IMG/VR virus record: IMGVR_UViG_3300009784_000001
Location: 295,944-359,943 of that record
DNA length: 64,000 bases
Direction: 5' to 3' (one strand)
Source of the DNA: a virus
Taxonomy: Duplodnaviria > Heunggongvirae > Uroviricota > Caudoviricetes
Positions 8,689 to 17,050 of the stretch are shown here, one piece after another. Numbering within the stretch: the stretch's first letter is position 1; every line of letters begins with the position of its first letter. A program made the position numbers and the translations under genes. Below the pieces are notes generated by a model. The model saw only the letters and a list, made by a program, of their open reading frames with translations, did not search any database and had not been told where the DNA came from.

Positions 8689-8764
8689 CGGATAGTAGGG
8701 AAGCTCGGTCGTTCCCGCCTGCCCTGGACGCAGGAGATCATAGGTTCAAATCCTGTTTATCCGA
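8689..8764 (+). tRNA. tRNA-Pro(TGG), variant loop (C33, A37)
   Basis: CCTGC-CCTGGAC-GCAGG; C1:G72. Confidence 0.8.
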
Positions 8765-8901
8765 CTATAATTAAAAAAGTTAAAGGGACTTTGAAAAGAA
8801 TTATAAGTGAAAATAATATGAGTAATAAATTAAAAATAAAACGAAAATGTAGCTGACCTCACAGTTAATATGGGCTGTGAGGTTGGGAATAAGGATATTA
8901 C

Positions 8902-8974
8902 TCCCTCATAGCTCAATGGTTTAGAGCTTCTGTCTTTTAAACAGAAGAACCAGGTCCGATTCCTGGTGGGGGAA
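8902..8974 (+). tRNA. tRNA-Lys(TTT)
   Basis: TCTGT-CTTTTAA-ACAGA. Confidence 0.9.
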
Positions 8975-9210
8975 CTATAAAAATAAAAAAAAATGTTTTG
9001 GGATAACAAAAATAAATGTAAGAAGTATTGTATAGGTTGTAAATTTGCAAGTGAATTTAATAATAATTTTTATTGTGTTAATGAACTTGGTGAATATATT
9101 GTTGCAACAAAAAATCAAGTTTTAGTATCATTGGGATATACAGCTTTACATATATGTAGAGGTTTATTAATAAAGAAAAATTGCCCATTTTTTGAAAAAG
9201 ATAGAAAATT

Positions 9211-9459
9211 ATGAAAGAAATTAGTATTAAAGATGTAATTGATAATAGTAAAAGAGCTAAATTAACTCATGCTATTGCAGGGAGATTGTATTATAGGGTA
9301 GATGATATAGAAAGAAATACTACATATCAATTTTGTGTAGATATGAATGATAAAGAAGATGTTGGTTCAACTACATTTATTGTAGATGAAAAAGCTATTC
9401 TTTTAATGAGATATATTAGAAAATCAAAAGATTCTGGTGATTTAATTCAAATTAAATAG
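9211..9459 (+). CDS. hypothetical protein
   Basis: 82 aa ORF. Confidence 0.65.
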   Translation: MKEISIKDVIDNSKRAKLTHAIAGRLYYRVDDIERNTTYQFCVDMNDKEDVGSTTFIVDEKAILLMRYIRKSKDSGDLIQIK

Positions 9460-9786
9460 CATAATGAGTTTTATTTATGAAATAAAAAATTTAGAGAAAA
9501 TAAAAGAAGAAGGTAGTATTTACATTCAATGCCCATGTTGCCAAGAAAGTTTTGATTATTATCTAGATAAATATGAATTAGATATTTTGAATAAAGAAGA
9601 GGACATTTATTGTAAGTGTATAGAATGTGGTAATTCTTTCTATCTTTCTTTGTAGATTATCAAAAAGTGATAAAAATCATTTTATGTATTGTAAAAGATG
9701 AAAAGAATAAATTTGGTATATTCAATAATAATTTGTACTTTTGCGATATAATTATCTATTTATAGATACAACAAAAAAGTATAAAA

Positions 9787-10122
9787 ATGAAAAAAAGAAT
9801 TATTATTTTATTATCATTATTTTTCATAATGAACATAAGTCAAGCAGCTATTTATAAAACAAAAAGTGAAAGTGATGTAATTGAGAATAGTACAGGTTTA
9901 TTTGGAGAAAAAAAAGTAGAGAAAATTGAAAATACAGAAGATAATTATGGTGGATTATTCAGAGCATCAGATCCAGGTGGAAGACCAGGGAATGGTGATG
10001 GAATTGGTCAGCAAGCACCATTAGGTGATGGATTAAAAATATTACTTATACTTTGTTTTTTCTTTCTTCTTTATGAATTTTCTACAAACAAAAAAATTAA
10101 CATAAAAAATTTGGATAATTAA
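9787..10122 (+). CDS. secreted protein with signal peptide and C-terminal PLGDG-TM-basic tail (PID-CTERM-like)
   Basis: MKKRIIILLSLFF..SQA signal; APLGDGLKILLILCFFFLLY tail. Confidence 0.55.
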   Translation: MKKRIIILLSLFFIMNISQAAIYKTKSESDVIENSTGLFGEKKVEKIENTEDNYGGLFRASDPGGRPGNGDGIGQQAPLGDGLKILLILCFFFLLYEFSTNKKINIKNLDN

Positions 10123-10178
10123 AAAATAAATTGTAATTTTGTAGAGTAATAAGATATTTATAAGATATAAAAATAGAT

Positions 10179-10256
10179 CGTGGTGTGGAGGAGTCTGGCT
10201 TTCCTCATCTGGCTCATAACCAGAATGTCACATGGGTTCAAATCCCATCACCGCAA
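10179..10256 (+). tRNA. tRNA-Met(CAT), C1:A72 mismatch (initiator-like)
   Basis: TCTGG-CTCATAA-CCAGA. Confidence 0.9.
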
Positions 10257-10261
10257 CAAAT

Positions 10262-10315
10262 AGAAAACATACAGCATTTTTTCAATTTTCAATGGGAGAA
10301 AAAAAGTGTTTTCTG
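10262..10315 (+). ncRNA. CAGCA-motif small RNA
   Basis: AGAAAACA-TACAGCA...TTTTC-AATGGGA-GAAAA...TGTTTTCT-G. Confidence 0.7.
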
Positions 10316-10324
10316 AAAAAAATA

Positions 10325-10406
10325 AGGAAAGATACAGCAATGTTAAATGGTTAAAAGAAAATTCTGTAAAAATTTTTTGAAAAGGTTCAAATCCTATTCT
10401 TTCCTG
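10325..10406 (+). ncRNA. CAGCA-motif RNA enclosing a degenerate tRNA-Tyr-like body
   Basis: AGGAAAGA-TACAGCAA..AATGGTT..AAATT-CTGTAAA-AATTT..AGG-TTCAAAT-CCT..TCTTTCCT-G. Confidence 0.7.
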
Positions 10407-10442
10407 TAAATTTGAAAAGTTAAATTAAAAAAAATAGAAAAA

Positions 10443-10553
10443 ATGAAACAAATTAGTAGTACATATTGTCTTGGAAGTTCATCAGCGATTAGTTTTGCTG
10501 GTACAACATCCTTTTGTACTTATCATTTTTATGATAATTTTGTTTCAAGTTAA
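10443..10553 (+). CDS. leader peptide 2 (36 aa, MKQISSTYCLGSSSAISFAGTTSFCTYHFYDNFVSS)
   Basis: 25 of codons 4-30 are S/Y/F/L/C/T/A/I/H, the amino acids of the downstream tRNAs. Confidence 0.85.
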   Translation: MKQISSTYCLGSSSAISFAGTTSFCTYHFYDNFVSS

Positions 10554-10582
10554 AAAAAGAATTACCTTAACCTGGCAAGGAT

Positions 10583-10627
10583 AAACCTGAAACAAATCTA
10601 TAAAAAAGAAAAGTTTCAGGTTTTTTT
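10583..10627 (+). terminator. attenuator terminator 2
   Basis: AAACCTGAAAC / GTTTCAGGTTT plus T run, just before tRNA-Ser. Confidence 0.85.
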
Positions 10628-10636
10628 AATTTATAT

Positions 10637-10721
10637 GGAAAGTAAACCTATAAGGTGTAGGAACCGCCTGCTAAGCGAGTTGTACAATTAAATGTATGTG
10701 AATCGTGTTCACTGCTCTCCG
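10637..10721 (+). tRNA. tRNA-Ser(GCT)
   Basis: CGC-CTGCTAA-GCG; long variable arm; G73. Confidence 0.8.
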
Positions 10722-10762
10722 CAAAAGTTCTTTGAAATTGTTGGTTAATTATAAATTATTAT

Positions 10763-10845
10763 GGATTAGTTGGGTAGTGGCAATCCCAAGACACTGTAAC
10801 TGTCTCGCCTTCGGGCTTTCGCTGGTTCGAGTCCAGCCTAATCCA
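10763..10845 (+). tRNA. tRNA-Tyr(GTA)
   Basis: AGACA-CTGTAAC-TGTCT; variable arm GCC-TTCG-GGC. Confidence 0.9.
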
Positions 10846-10886
10846 CATAAAAATATTTTTCTTAATAACTATACTTTTTTAGTTCG

Positions 10887-11858
10887 ATGCGATATTTATA
10901 TATAAATGTAAATATTATGATAAAGGAACGAGAAGAATTAATTATTAAAATAATAAAAGAGAGTAATAGTATTTCAGAGGTTTGTAAAAAGTTAAATATA
11001 TCTGTTACTAATGGTAATTATATAACAATAAAAAAAATAATAAAAAACAATAATTTAGATATATCTCATTTTAAAAGAGTTTCACAAAATTCTAATAAAA
11101 AGCGATATACGTTACAAGAAATTATGGTTGAAAATTCATCATACACCAATGTAAATAAATTAAAGAAAAGATTAATTAAAGAAGGGATTAAGGAAAATAA
11201 ATGTGAAATATGTGGAATAAGTAAATGGAATGGAGAACAAATTTCTTTACAATTGCATCATAAAAATGGTATCACAAGTGATAATAGAATAGAAAATTTA
11301 CAAGTACTTTGTCCCAATTGTCATTCTCAAACACATAACTATGGTGGGAAAAATATAGATAATAAAATAAGAGAAGATAGATTTTGCAGAATATGTGAGA
11401 AAAAGTTAAACGATACACAAAAAAAGTATTGTTCAATCAATTGCTATAATAAAAGTATTGATGATAATATTCCAACTAAAAACAAAATCTTATCTTATAT
11501 AAAAAATTATACAACACTTGTAGAATTATGTAAAAAAGAAAAAATTGATAGAGGGACATTTAGAAATTGGTGTAATAAAAGACAATGTATAGATGATGTA
11601 AATTTTTTGTTGAAAAAAAATTTTGAAATAAAAATTTTAAATATTGAAGTTAAGAATGATTTATATGAAAAAAGATGTGAATTAATAAATAAATTTAAAA
11701 AATTTGGGTCATTCTTACAAGTAGGTAAATATTATGGAGTATCCGATAATATGATAAGAAAAAGATGTAAAAAAATTGGTTTACCTGTTCATACAAAAGA
11801 AATGATAAAATTAATAAATTCGGAAGAATGTCAGAGTGCTTTATTGTACAACTCTTGA
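10887..11858 (+). CDS. HNH homing endonuclease (start may be 10917); 3' end overlaps tRNA-Ser
   Basis: CEICG...LQLHHKNG..DNRIENLQVLCPNCHSQT. Confidence 0.85.
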   Translation: MRYLYINVNIMIKEREELIIKIIKESNSISEVCKKLNISVTNGNYITIKKIIKNNNLDISHFKRVSQNSNKKRYTLQEIMVENSSYTNVNKLKKRLIKEGIKENKCEICGISKWNGEQISLQLHHKNGITSDNRIENLQVLCPNCHSQTHNYGGKNIDNKIREDRFCRICEKKLNDTQKKYCSINCYNKSIDDNIPTKNKILSYIKNYTTLVELCKKEKIDRGTFRNWCNKRQCIDDVNFLLKKNFEIKILNIEVKNDLYEKRCELINKFKKFGSFLQVGKYYGVSDNMIRKRCKKIGLPVHTKEMIKLINSEECQSALLYNS

Positions 11859-11906
11859 AAAGTTGTGAACTTTCGAGTTCCGTAGGTTGGAATCCTACTT
11901 CTTCCG
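11822..11906 (+). tRNA. tRNA-Ser(TGA)
   Basis: CAACT-CTTGAAA-AGTTG; long variable arm. Confidence 0.85.
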
Positions 11907-11917
11907 CAAGATAATAA

Positions 11918-11990
11918 GGGATAGTAACATAGAAGTTTATGTGCTGGTCTGAAAAACCAGAAATGCTTGAGGCGGTATCAGCCTATCCCA
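11918..11990 (+). tRNA. tRNA-Phe(GAA)
   Basis: CTGGT-CTGAAAA-ACCAG; atypical T loop. Confidence 0.8.
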
Positions 11991-12000
11991 CAAATTAAAT

Positions 12001-12086
12001 GCTTCAATGGGGGAATTGCTAGACCCGCTTGATTTAGGCTCAAGTTTCTGGGAACAGAAGTGTAGGTTGGATTCCTACTTGAAGTA
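12001..12086 (+). tRNA. tRNA-Leu(TAG)
   Basis: CTTGA-TTTAGGC-TCAAG; long variable arm. Confidence 0.85.
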
Positions 12087-12092
12087 CAATAT

Positions 12093-12164
12093 GTTCAGTT
12101 GCCAGAGTGATAATGGGGTAGACTGCAAATCTATTTTTCGTTGGTTTGAATCCAACACTGAATT
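12093..12164 (+). tRNA. tRNA-Cys(GCA)
   Basis: GTAGA-CTGCAAA-TCTAT; U73. Confidence 0.85.
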
Positions 12165-12176
12165 CAAAAAATAAAT

Positions 12177-12247
12177 GCTGTGTTAGTATAAGAGTATTAC
12201 ATTGGCTTTGTAACCCAAAAATGGGGATGCGATTTCCTCACACAGCT
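12177..12247 (+). tRNA. tRNA-Thr(TGT)
   Basis: GCTGTGT/ACACAGC; loop TTTGTAA. Confidence 0.8.
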
Positions 12248-12256
12248 CTAAATTAA

Positions 12257-12328
12257 GGGCTTATCATATAATAGCTATTATGCCACCCCTGCAAGGTGGT
12301 TATTGGAGTGCAATTCTCCATAGGTCCA
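12257..12328 (+). tRNA. tRNA-Ala(TGC)
   Basis: CCACC-CCTGCAA-GGTGG; G3:U70. Confidence 0.85.
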
Positions 12329-12407
12329 CTTATTTAGCATTTATTAACTTGAATAATTTTGATATTAGATAATATTTTCTTATCTTTGTATCATTAAAAT
12401 AAATGGT

Positions 12408-13022
12408 ATGAAAAAGATAGAATTAGTTTATAATAATTTAGATATTAATAATTTACCAGGTGAAATATGGGTAGATGCTTATGATTTTGATGGTTATTAT
12501 GAAGTATCCAATATGGGGAGGATAAAAACTTGTGAAAGAGAAGTCAGTAATGGAGTTGGGACAAGAATAGTAATTAGTAAAATTAGGAAACAGGTTTTAG
12601 GTAAAGATGATAGATTAACTTGTCCCTTTACTATAAATAATGAAAGTATATCTATAAATGTTTCAAGGTTAATCTTTCAATCTTTTAACCCCACTAAGAT
12701 TTTAGATAATTTAGTGGTTTCACATAGAAATAGATGTAAATGTGATAATAGATTGAATAATTTAAAAGTGGAAACATTACAAAACAATCATTTTGATAAT
12801 GTTCATAAGTATAATTATGGCTTAAAAGAACATTTGTTAAAACTGAATAAAATTAAACATGAAAAATTTGTCAATACAATAAAAAGCAAAGTTTGTAATA
12901 AATGTGGAATAGAAAAAGATATAATAGAATTTGTATATAAAAGAGAAGGAAAAAGAGATGAAAATAGAAATATATGTAAAATGTGTAGAAATAAACGTGA
13001 AAGAAATAGAATTAAAAAATGA
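12408..13022 (+). CDS. NUMOD4/HNH homing endonuclease
   Basis: EIW...GYYEVSNMGRIK (NUMOD4); VSHRNRCKCDNRLNNL. Confidence 0.8.
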   Translation: MKKIELVYNNLDINNLPGEIWVDAYDFDGYYEVSNMGRIKTCEREVSNGVGTRIVISKIRKQVLGKDDRLTCPFTINNESISINVSRLIFQSFNPTKILDNLVVSHRNRCKCDNRLNNLKVETLQNNHFDNVHKYNYGLKEHLLKLNKIKHEKFVNTIKSKVCNKCGIEKDIIEFVYKREGKRDENRNICKMCRNKRERNRIKK

Positions 13023-13441
13023 GTTATAAAGATTTTTTTCAAAAACCAGAGTTTGATTTGGATGAAGTAGAAGAAAAAAGAGTAAATGCTTTGAAACCAG
13101 ATGAAAATGGTGATTTAATGGAAAATGGTGATTATATTTTTCAGGATAGAGCAATTCATAATCAACAAGGTAATACAATTCAGCGTTCTTTTACAACTGT
13201 AAAGGGAGTTAGAGTAATGGAAGATACTTACATACCCTGGTCATGCTTTCAACCAATGAGGATGACTTTTGTGGTAGATTTGACATTGCCTGATGATACA
13301 TTACCAACAACTGAAACAAGTTGGATGCAAAATTGGTATGAGCCTGAAGGATTTGCTCATCCTGCATTTGTAAATTTTGAAGATGTTGTTGAATTTATAA
13401 TTAAATGGAGAAAAAGTAACCCTAAAGTGGTTAATAATTAA
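13019..13441 (+). CDS. hypothetical protein
   Basis: 140 aa ORF. Confidence 0.65.
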   Translation: MSYKDFFQKPEFDLDEVEEKRVNALKPDENGDLMENGDYIFQDRAIHNQQGNTIQRSFTTVKGVRVMEDTYIPWSCFQPMRMTFVVDLTLPDDTLPTTETSWMQNWYEPEGFAHPAFVNFEDVVEFIIKWRKSNPKVVNN

Positions 13442-13449
13442 ATAAAAAT

Positions 13450-13522
13450 GTTCAGTTCTTCTAATGGTTTAGGAAGCAAGACTGATATTCTTGTAATATA
13501 AGTTCGATTCTTATACTGAACA
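13450..13522 (+). tRNA. tRNA-Ile(GAT)
   Basis: CAAGA-CTGATAT-TCTTG. Confidence 0.85.
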
Positions 13523-13524
13523 CT

Positions 13525-13602
13525 GTGTGGGTAGCTAATATTGGTTAAGGCACTAGATTGTGGCTCTAGGTTTTTATGGGGGTTCGATTCCCCTCTCACA
13601 CC
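13525..13602 (+). tRNA. tRNA-His(GTG)
   Basis: CTAGA-TTGTGGC-TCTAG; C73. Confidence 0.85.
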
Positions 13603-13667
13603 AAAAATAAGAAAGTTTTGTTATTTAAAAAATTATTCATATCTTTGTATTGTAAATTAAATAAGAT

Positions 13668-14174
13668 ATGAAAAAAATCAGAAAATTTGTATTTGAAACA
13701 AACAGTTCAAGTTCTCATTCTATTACATTAGGTGATTTAGATTCATTTAGAAAAGATAGATATGGATTAAAATCTTGTATAGATGAAAATAACAATCTTG
13801 TATTAAAAGGTGGTGAATTTGGTTGGTATTTAGAAGATGATGAGGGTGCTGAAACAAAAGTAAATTATGTTGCAGTAGCTTTAACTTATTATTATGAAGC
13901 TGCGAAAGACAATGAAGAAAATTATTATGGTTTTACATTAGATGAAATCAATAATATTATTGAATTATTTAAAGAAGTTTTGAGAGAAGAAACAGATGCA
14001 GAAGTTGTTTTCAATTTTAAAGTAGGTTGGGAAGATTCTTACATTGATCATCAATCTATTGATATGATTGCAGATGAAATTAAAGGTAAAAATGATTCAG
14101 AATTGAAAGAATTTTTCTATAATTTCATTTTTAATGAAAATTCAATATTAATAATTGATAATGATAATCATTAA
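13668..14174 (+). CDS. FETNSSS-motif protein 1
   Basis: MKKIRKFVFETNSSSSHS; YIDHQS. Confidence 0.75.
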   Translation: MKKIRKFVFETNSSSSHSITLGDLDSFRKDRYGLKSCIDENNNLVLKGGEFGWYLEDDEGAETKVNYVAVALTYYYEAAKDNEENYYGFTLDEINNIIELFKEVLREETDAEVVFNFKVGWEDSYIDHQSIDMIADEIKGKNDSELKEFFYNFIFNENSILIIDNDNH

Positions 14175-14373
14175 TTATGAATGAAGATAGTGGAGTTAGT
14201 TGTGGATGTGGTTGTTTTTCTTTTAGTATAGGTTGGGGGACTATTATTGCTGTAATATTAAGTTGAATGAAATGGCATTCAATTGGATGGGTAATTATTC
14301 ATGGGTTATTAGGATGGTTATATGTAATATATTATATTGCAAAATATGTGTTATTAAATTAAAAATATATAAT

Positions 14374-14814
14374 ATGAAAAAAATTAGAATTAGTGTTTTT
14401 GAAACGAATAGTTCCAGCACTCATAGTCTTACAATTGTATCAAAAGAAGATTTTGAGAAGTGGAAAAAAGGTGAATTTATTTTTGACAGAAGTAATGATG
14501 AATTAGTTCCTGTTAAAGAGAAGCAATATACAGAAGAAGATTATTTAAATTATCTTAAAGATAAAGCCAAAAAAGTTGCAAATGGATATATTTTTAGAGA
14601 TGTTTATTATAAAAATCTAGATGAAATATTATCATTAAATCTTATTTCTAATGATGAAATGAATGAATATTTAGAAGATGAAGGATATGATTATGATTTT
14701 CAAACTTATAAAGATTGGGAAAATGATGAATATCTTGAAACATTTCAATATTCACATACTACTCCAAGTGGAGATGAAATTGTGGTTTTTGGTAGATATG
14801 GTTATGATGGATAA
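14374..14814 (+). CDS. FETNSSS-motif protein 2 (start corrected from 14233)
   Basis: MKKIRISVFETNSSSTHS matches the N-terminus of the preceding gene. Confidence 0.75.
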   Translation: MKKIRISVFETNSSSTHSLTIVSKEDFEKWKKGEFIFDRSNDELVPVKEKQYTEEDYLNYLKDKAKKVANGYIFRDVYYKNLDEILSLNLISNDEMNEYLEDEGYDYDFQTYKDWENDEYLETFQYSHTTPSGDEIVVFGRYGYDG

Positions 14815-14962
14815 TATATGATTTCGATAATACAACAAAAAAATATAATAAAAGAATTTATTGATTATCTACCTTTTTCTGTTCTAACAAATGAACATTC
14901 TAGGTATAAAAAGGAAATAAGTTTATATGATTATCTTGAAGAATATATTAAAAAATTAAGAG

Positions 14963-15904
14963 ATGGAGATATTGAAATCATACAAAAATGGTAATGTTGA
15001 AATTACATTATATGATAATGGAACGAGGGTAATGGAATATGATGAAACTAAACCATTATTATTTGATTATCCTACATCTATGGATATTAAAATTACTAAT
15101 TATTGTGAAGGCGGAAAGATAACCAAGAATGGTGATTTTAAATTGTGCCAATTTTGTCATGAGGAATCAAATAAAGATGGAAAACATGCTAATTTAATTG
15201 AATTAAGTAATATTTTATTTGATATTCCAGAAGGAGTTGAAATTGCACTAGGTGGAGGTAATCCATTATCACATCCAAATTTAGTTGCTTTTTTATTAAG
15301 ATGTAAAAAACAAGGTTTAATTCCTAATTTAACAGTTAATAAAAATCATCTTGTTTTTTATTATGATTTATTAAAAAATTTAATAGATAATAAATTAATT
15401 TATGGATTAGGCATATCAATTCCTACTTCTGTATGTGAATGGAATGAAAAAGAGTTATTTTTTGTAAATTATAAACATTCAGTTGCTCATTTAATTATAG
15501 GATTGCATTCTACTAAAATAATAAATATTTTAAGAAAGATTGGTTTCAAAAAATTTTTATTATTGGGCTATAAAGAATTTGGAAGAGGTATAAAATATTA
15601 TAATAGTCATTCTAATAAAATAAATGAAAATATTAAAGAATGGGAAAACAATATATTAAATATTCTAACTACTGCTAATGTAATTTCTTTTGATAATTTA
15701 TCTATTAGTCAACTTAATTTACAATCTAAATTGCCTAAGAAATTGTGGGATAAATTTTATCAAGGAGATGATTTTAGTTCAACTTTGTATTTGGATGCTG
15801 TAACTAAACAGTTTGCTCCTACTTCAAGAAGCAATAAAAATGAAAGGGTAAATTGGAAAGATATAAGTTTATTAGATTATTTCAGAGATAATAGAAGAAA
15901 GTAA
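14963..15904 (+). CDS. radical SAM protein
   Basis: DIKITNYC-x13-CQFCHE; EIALGGGNPL. Confidence 0.8.
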   Translation: MEILKSYKNGNVEITLYDNGTRVMEYDETKPLLFDYPTSMDIKITNYCEGGKITKNGDFKLCQFCHEESNKDGKHANLIELSNILFDIPEGVEIALGGGNPLSHPNLVAFLLRCKKQGLIPNLTVNKNHLVFYYDLLKNLIDNKLIYGLGISIPTSVCEWNEKELFFVNYKHSVAHLIIGLHSTKIINILRKIGFKKFLLLGYKEFGRGIKYYNSHSNKINENIKEWENNILNILTTANVISFDNLSISQLNLQSKLPKKLWDKFYQGDDFSSTLYLDAVTKQFAPTSRSNKNERVNWKDISLLDYFRDNRRK

Positions 15905-15931
15905 AAGTTAGATATTTATTATAAAAAAGTA

Positions 15932-16786
15932 ATGAAGAATTTAGATGAAATAAAGTTTTTATTTGAAAGAAAAGAAGAAGAGACTTTTCAAGAATATAGT
16001 GATAGAAAGGAAAAAGAACGAAGTGTATCAAGTAGTTGTAATCATAAGGGGGGGGGGATTCTTAATGAATCTGTTTCAAAAAAAAGTACTTCTGAAAGAC
16101 CAAATTTTATTTCTGAAATAAAAGGTTCAACAACTAATACATGGTCTTTACATAGACTTGATGAGATGACTGTACAAAGATTATTAGGAAAACATTCTAA
16201 TAATGGTTATATAATTATATCAGCAAGTAGAGGAGTGGAAAATGAATGGAATGAACAACAGAAACAAGAACAAAGAAGATTGAATAATGAAAATTATCAA
16301 AAATTATTAGCTTCAATAAAAAATAGTGGCTTTTCTTTTATTCCTGTATATGGTGGATTTGTTGAAAATTTAGGAGAAGAAGATGAAAGACAGGTTTATG
16401 AAAAATCATTTATTGTTTTGAATTTTAATAGAAAAGGAAATGAAATGGATTTTAATGAACTTTATCAAAAAGGTTTAGAATGGACTGAAGAATTTGATCA
16501 AGATTCATTTTTATCAAAGGCTCCTGATTCAACACCAGAATATGTTGATAAAGGAGGAAATGTAACAATGAAGTTTGGTGGGGATATAAAAGTAAATGAT
16601 TTAACTCAACAATATTTCACAGATTTCGTTAAGTCAAAACAATTAGGTCAAGAAACAAATACAAAGGGTGATTCAATGAGTAGAGAACACAGGATTACTT
16701 TTGAAGGAGTATTTATAAATCCTGAACCTGCTACTTTGAGTGAAAGAGTTGTAAGGGATTATTTAAATGAATTATTTTTGAAATAA
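15932..16786 (+). CDS. hypothetical phage protein
   Basis: IISASR...GGFVE...EKSF...FDQDS; TATTTAT motif upstream. Confidence 0.7.
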   Translation: MKNLDEIKFLFERKEEETFQEYSDRKEKERSVSSSCNHKGGGILNESVSKKSTSERPNFISEIKGSTTNTWSLHRLDEMTVQRLLGKHSNNGYIIISASRGVENEWNEQQKQEQRRLNNENYQKLLASIKNSGFSFIPVYGGFVENLGEEDERQVYEKSFIVLNFNRKGNEMDFNELYQKGLEWTEEFDQDSFLSKAPDSTPEYVDKGGNVTMKFGGDIKVNDLTQQYFTDFVKSKQLGQETNTKGDSMSREHRITFEGVFINPEPATLSERVVRDYLNELFLK

Positions 16787-16807
16787 TGTGATATTTATAT
16801 AAATAAA

Positions 16808-16900
16808 ATGAAAAAAAATACAAACATATTATTAGTTGGGCAACAAGGTTGGCAACAATTTGGACAAGGCTGTGGCAATGTTCCTGATAATGGTATGTAA
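16808..16900 (+). CDS. leader peptide 3 (30 aa, MKKNTNILLVGQQGWQQFGQGCGNVPDNGM)
   Basis: 11 of codons 11-23 are G/Q/W; the downstream tRNAs are Gln, Gly, Trp. Confidence 0.85.
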   Translation: MKKNTNILLVGQQGWQQFGQGCGNVPDNGM

Positions 16901-16934
16901 GTATATAAGGATAACCTTCGCAAATGGTGGCTCT

Positions 16935-16971
16935 GGCTTACATTACTATTAAAAGTATGTAAGCCTTTTTT
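16935..16971 (+). terminator. attenuator terminator 3
   Basis: GGCTTACAT / ATGTAAGCC plus TTTTTT, 7 nt before tRNA-Gln. Confidence 0.85.
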
Positions 16972-16978
16972 AATTTAT

Positions 16979-17050
16979 AGATTAGTGGTATAATGGTTAT
17001 TACACATCGCTTTGAACGATGGAATTCCTGTTCAATTCAGGACTAATCTA
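16979..17050 (+). tRNA. tRNA-Gln(TTG)
   Basis: CATCG-CTTTGAA-CGATG. Confidence 0.85.

Noticed and set aside
8852-8887. HDV-like (theta) ribozyme near tRNA-Lys
   Set aside because: Only a simple hairpin (GACCTCACAG/CTGTGAGGTT) is evident; I could not build the nested double pseudoknot.
4097-10905. Track ORFs 4097-4291, 4720-4905, 5734-6039, 8198-8407, 8632-8856 and 10705-10905
   Set aside because: They overlap tRNA genes or terminators and look like chance frames.
14233-14373. N-terminal extension of the second FETNSSS protein
   Set aside because: Non-ATG start; similarity to the paralog begins at ATG 14374.
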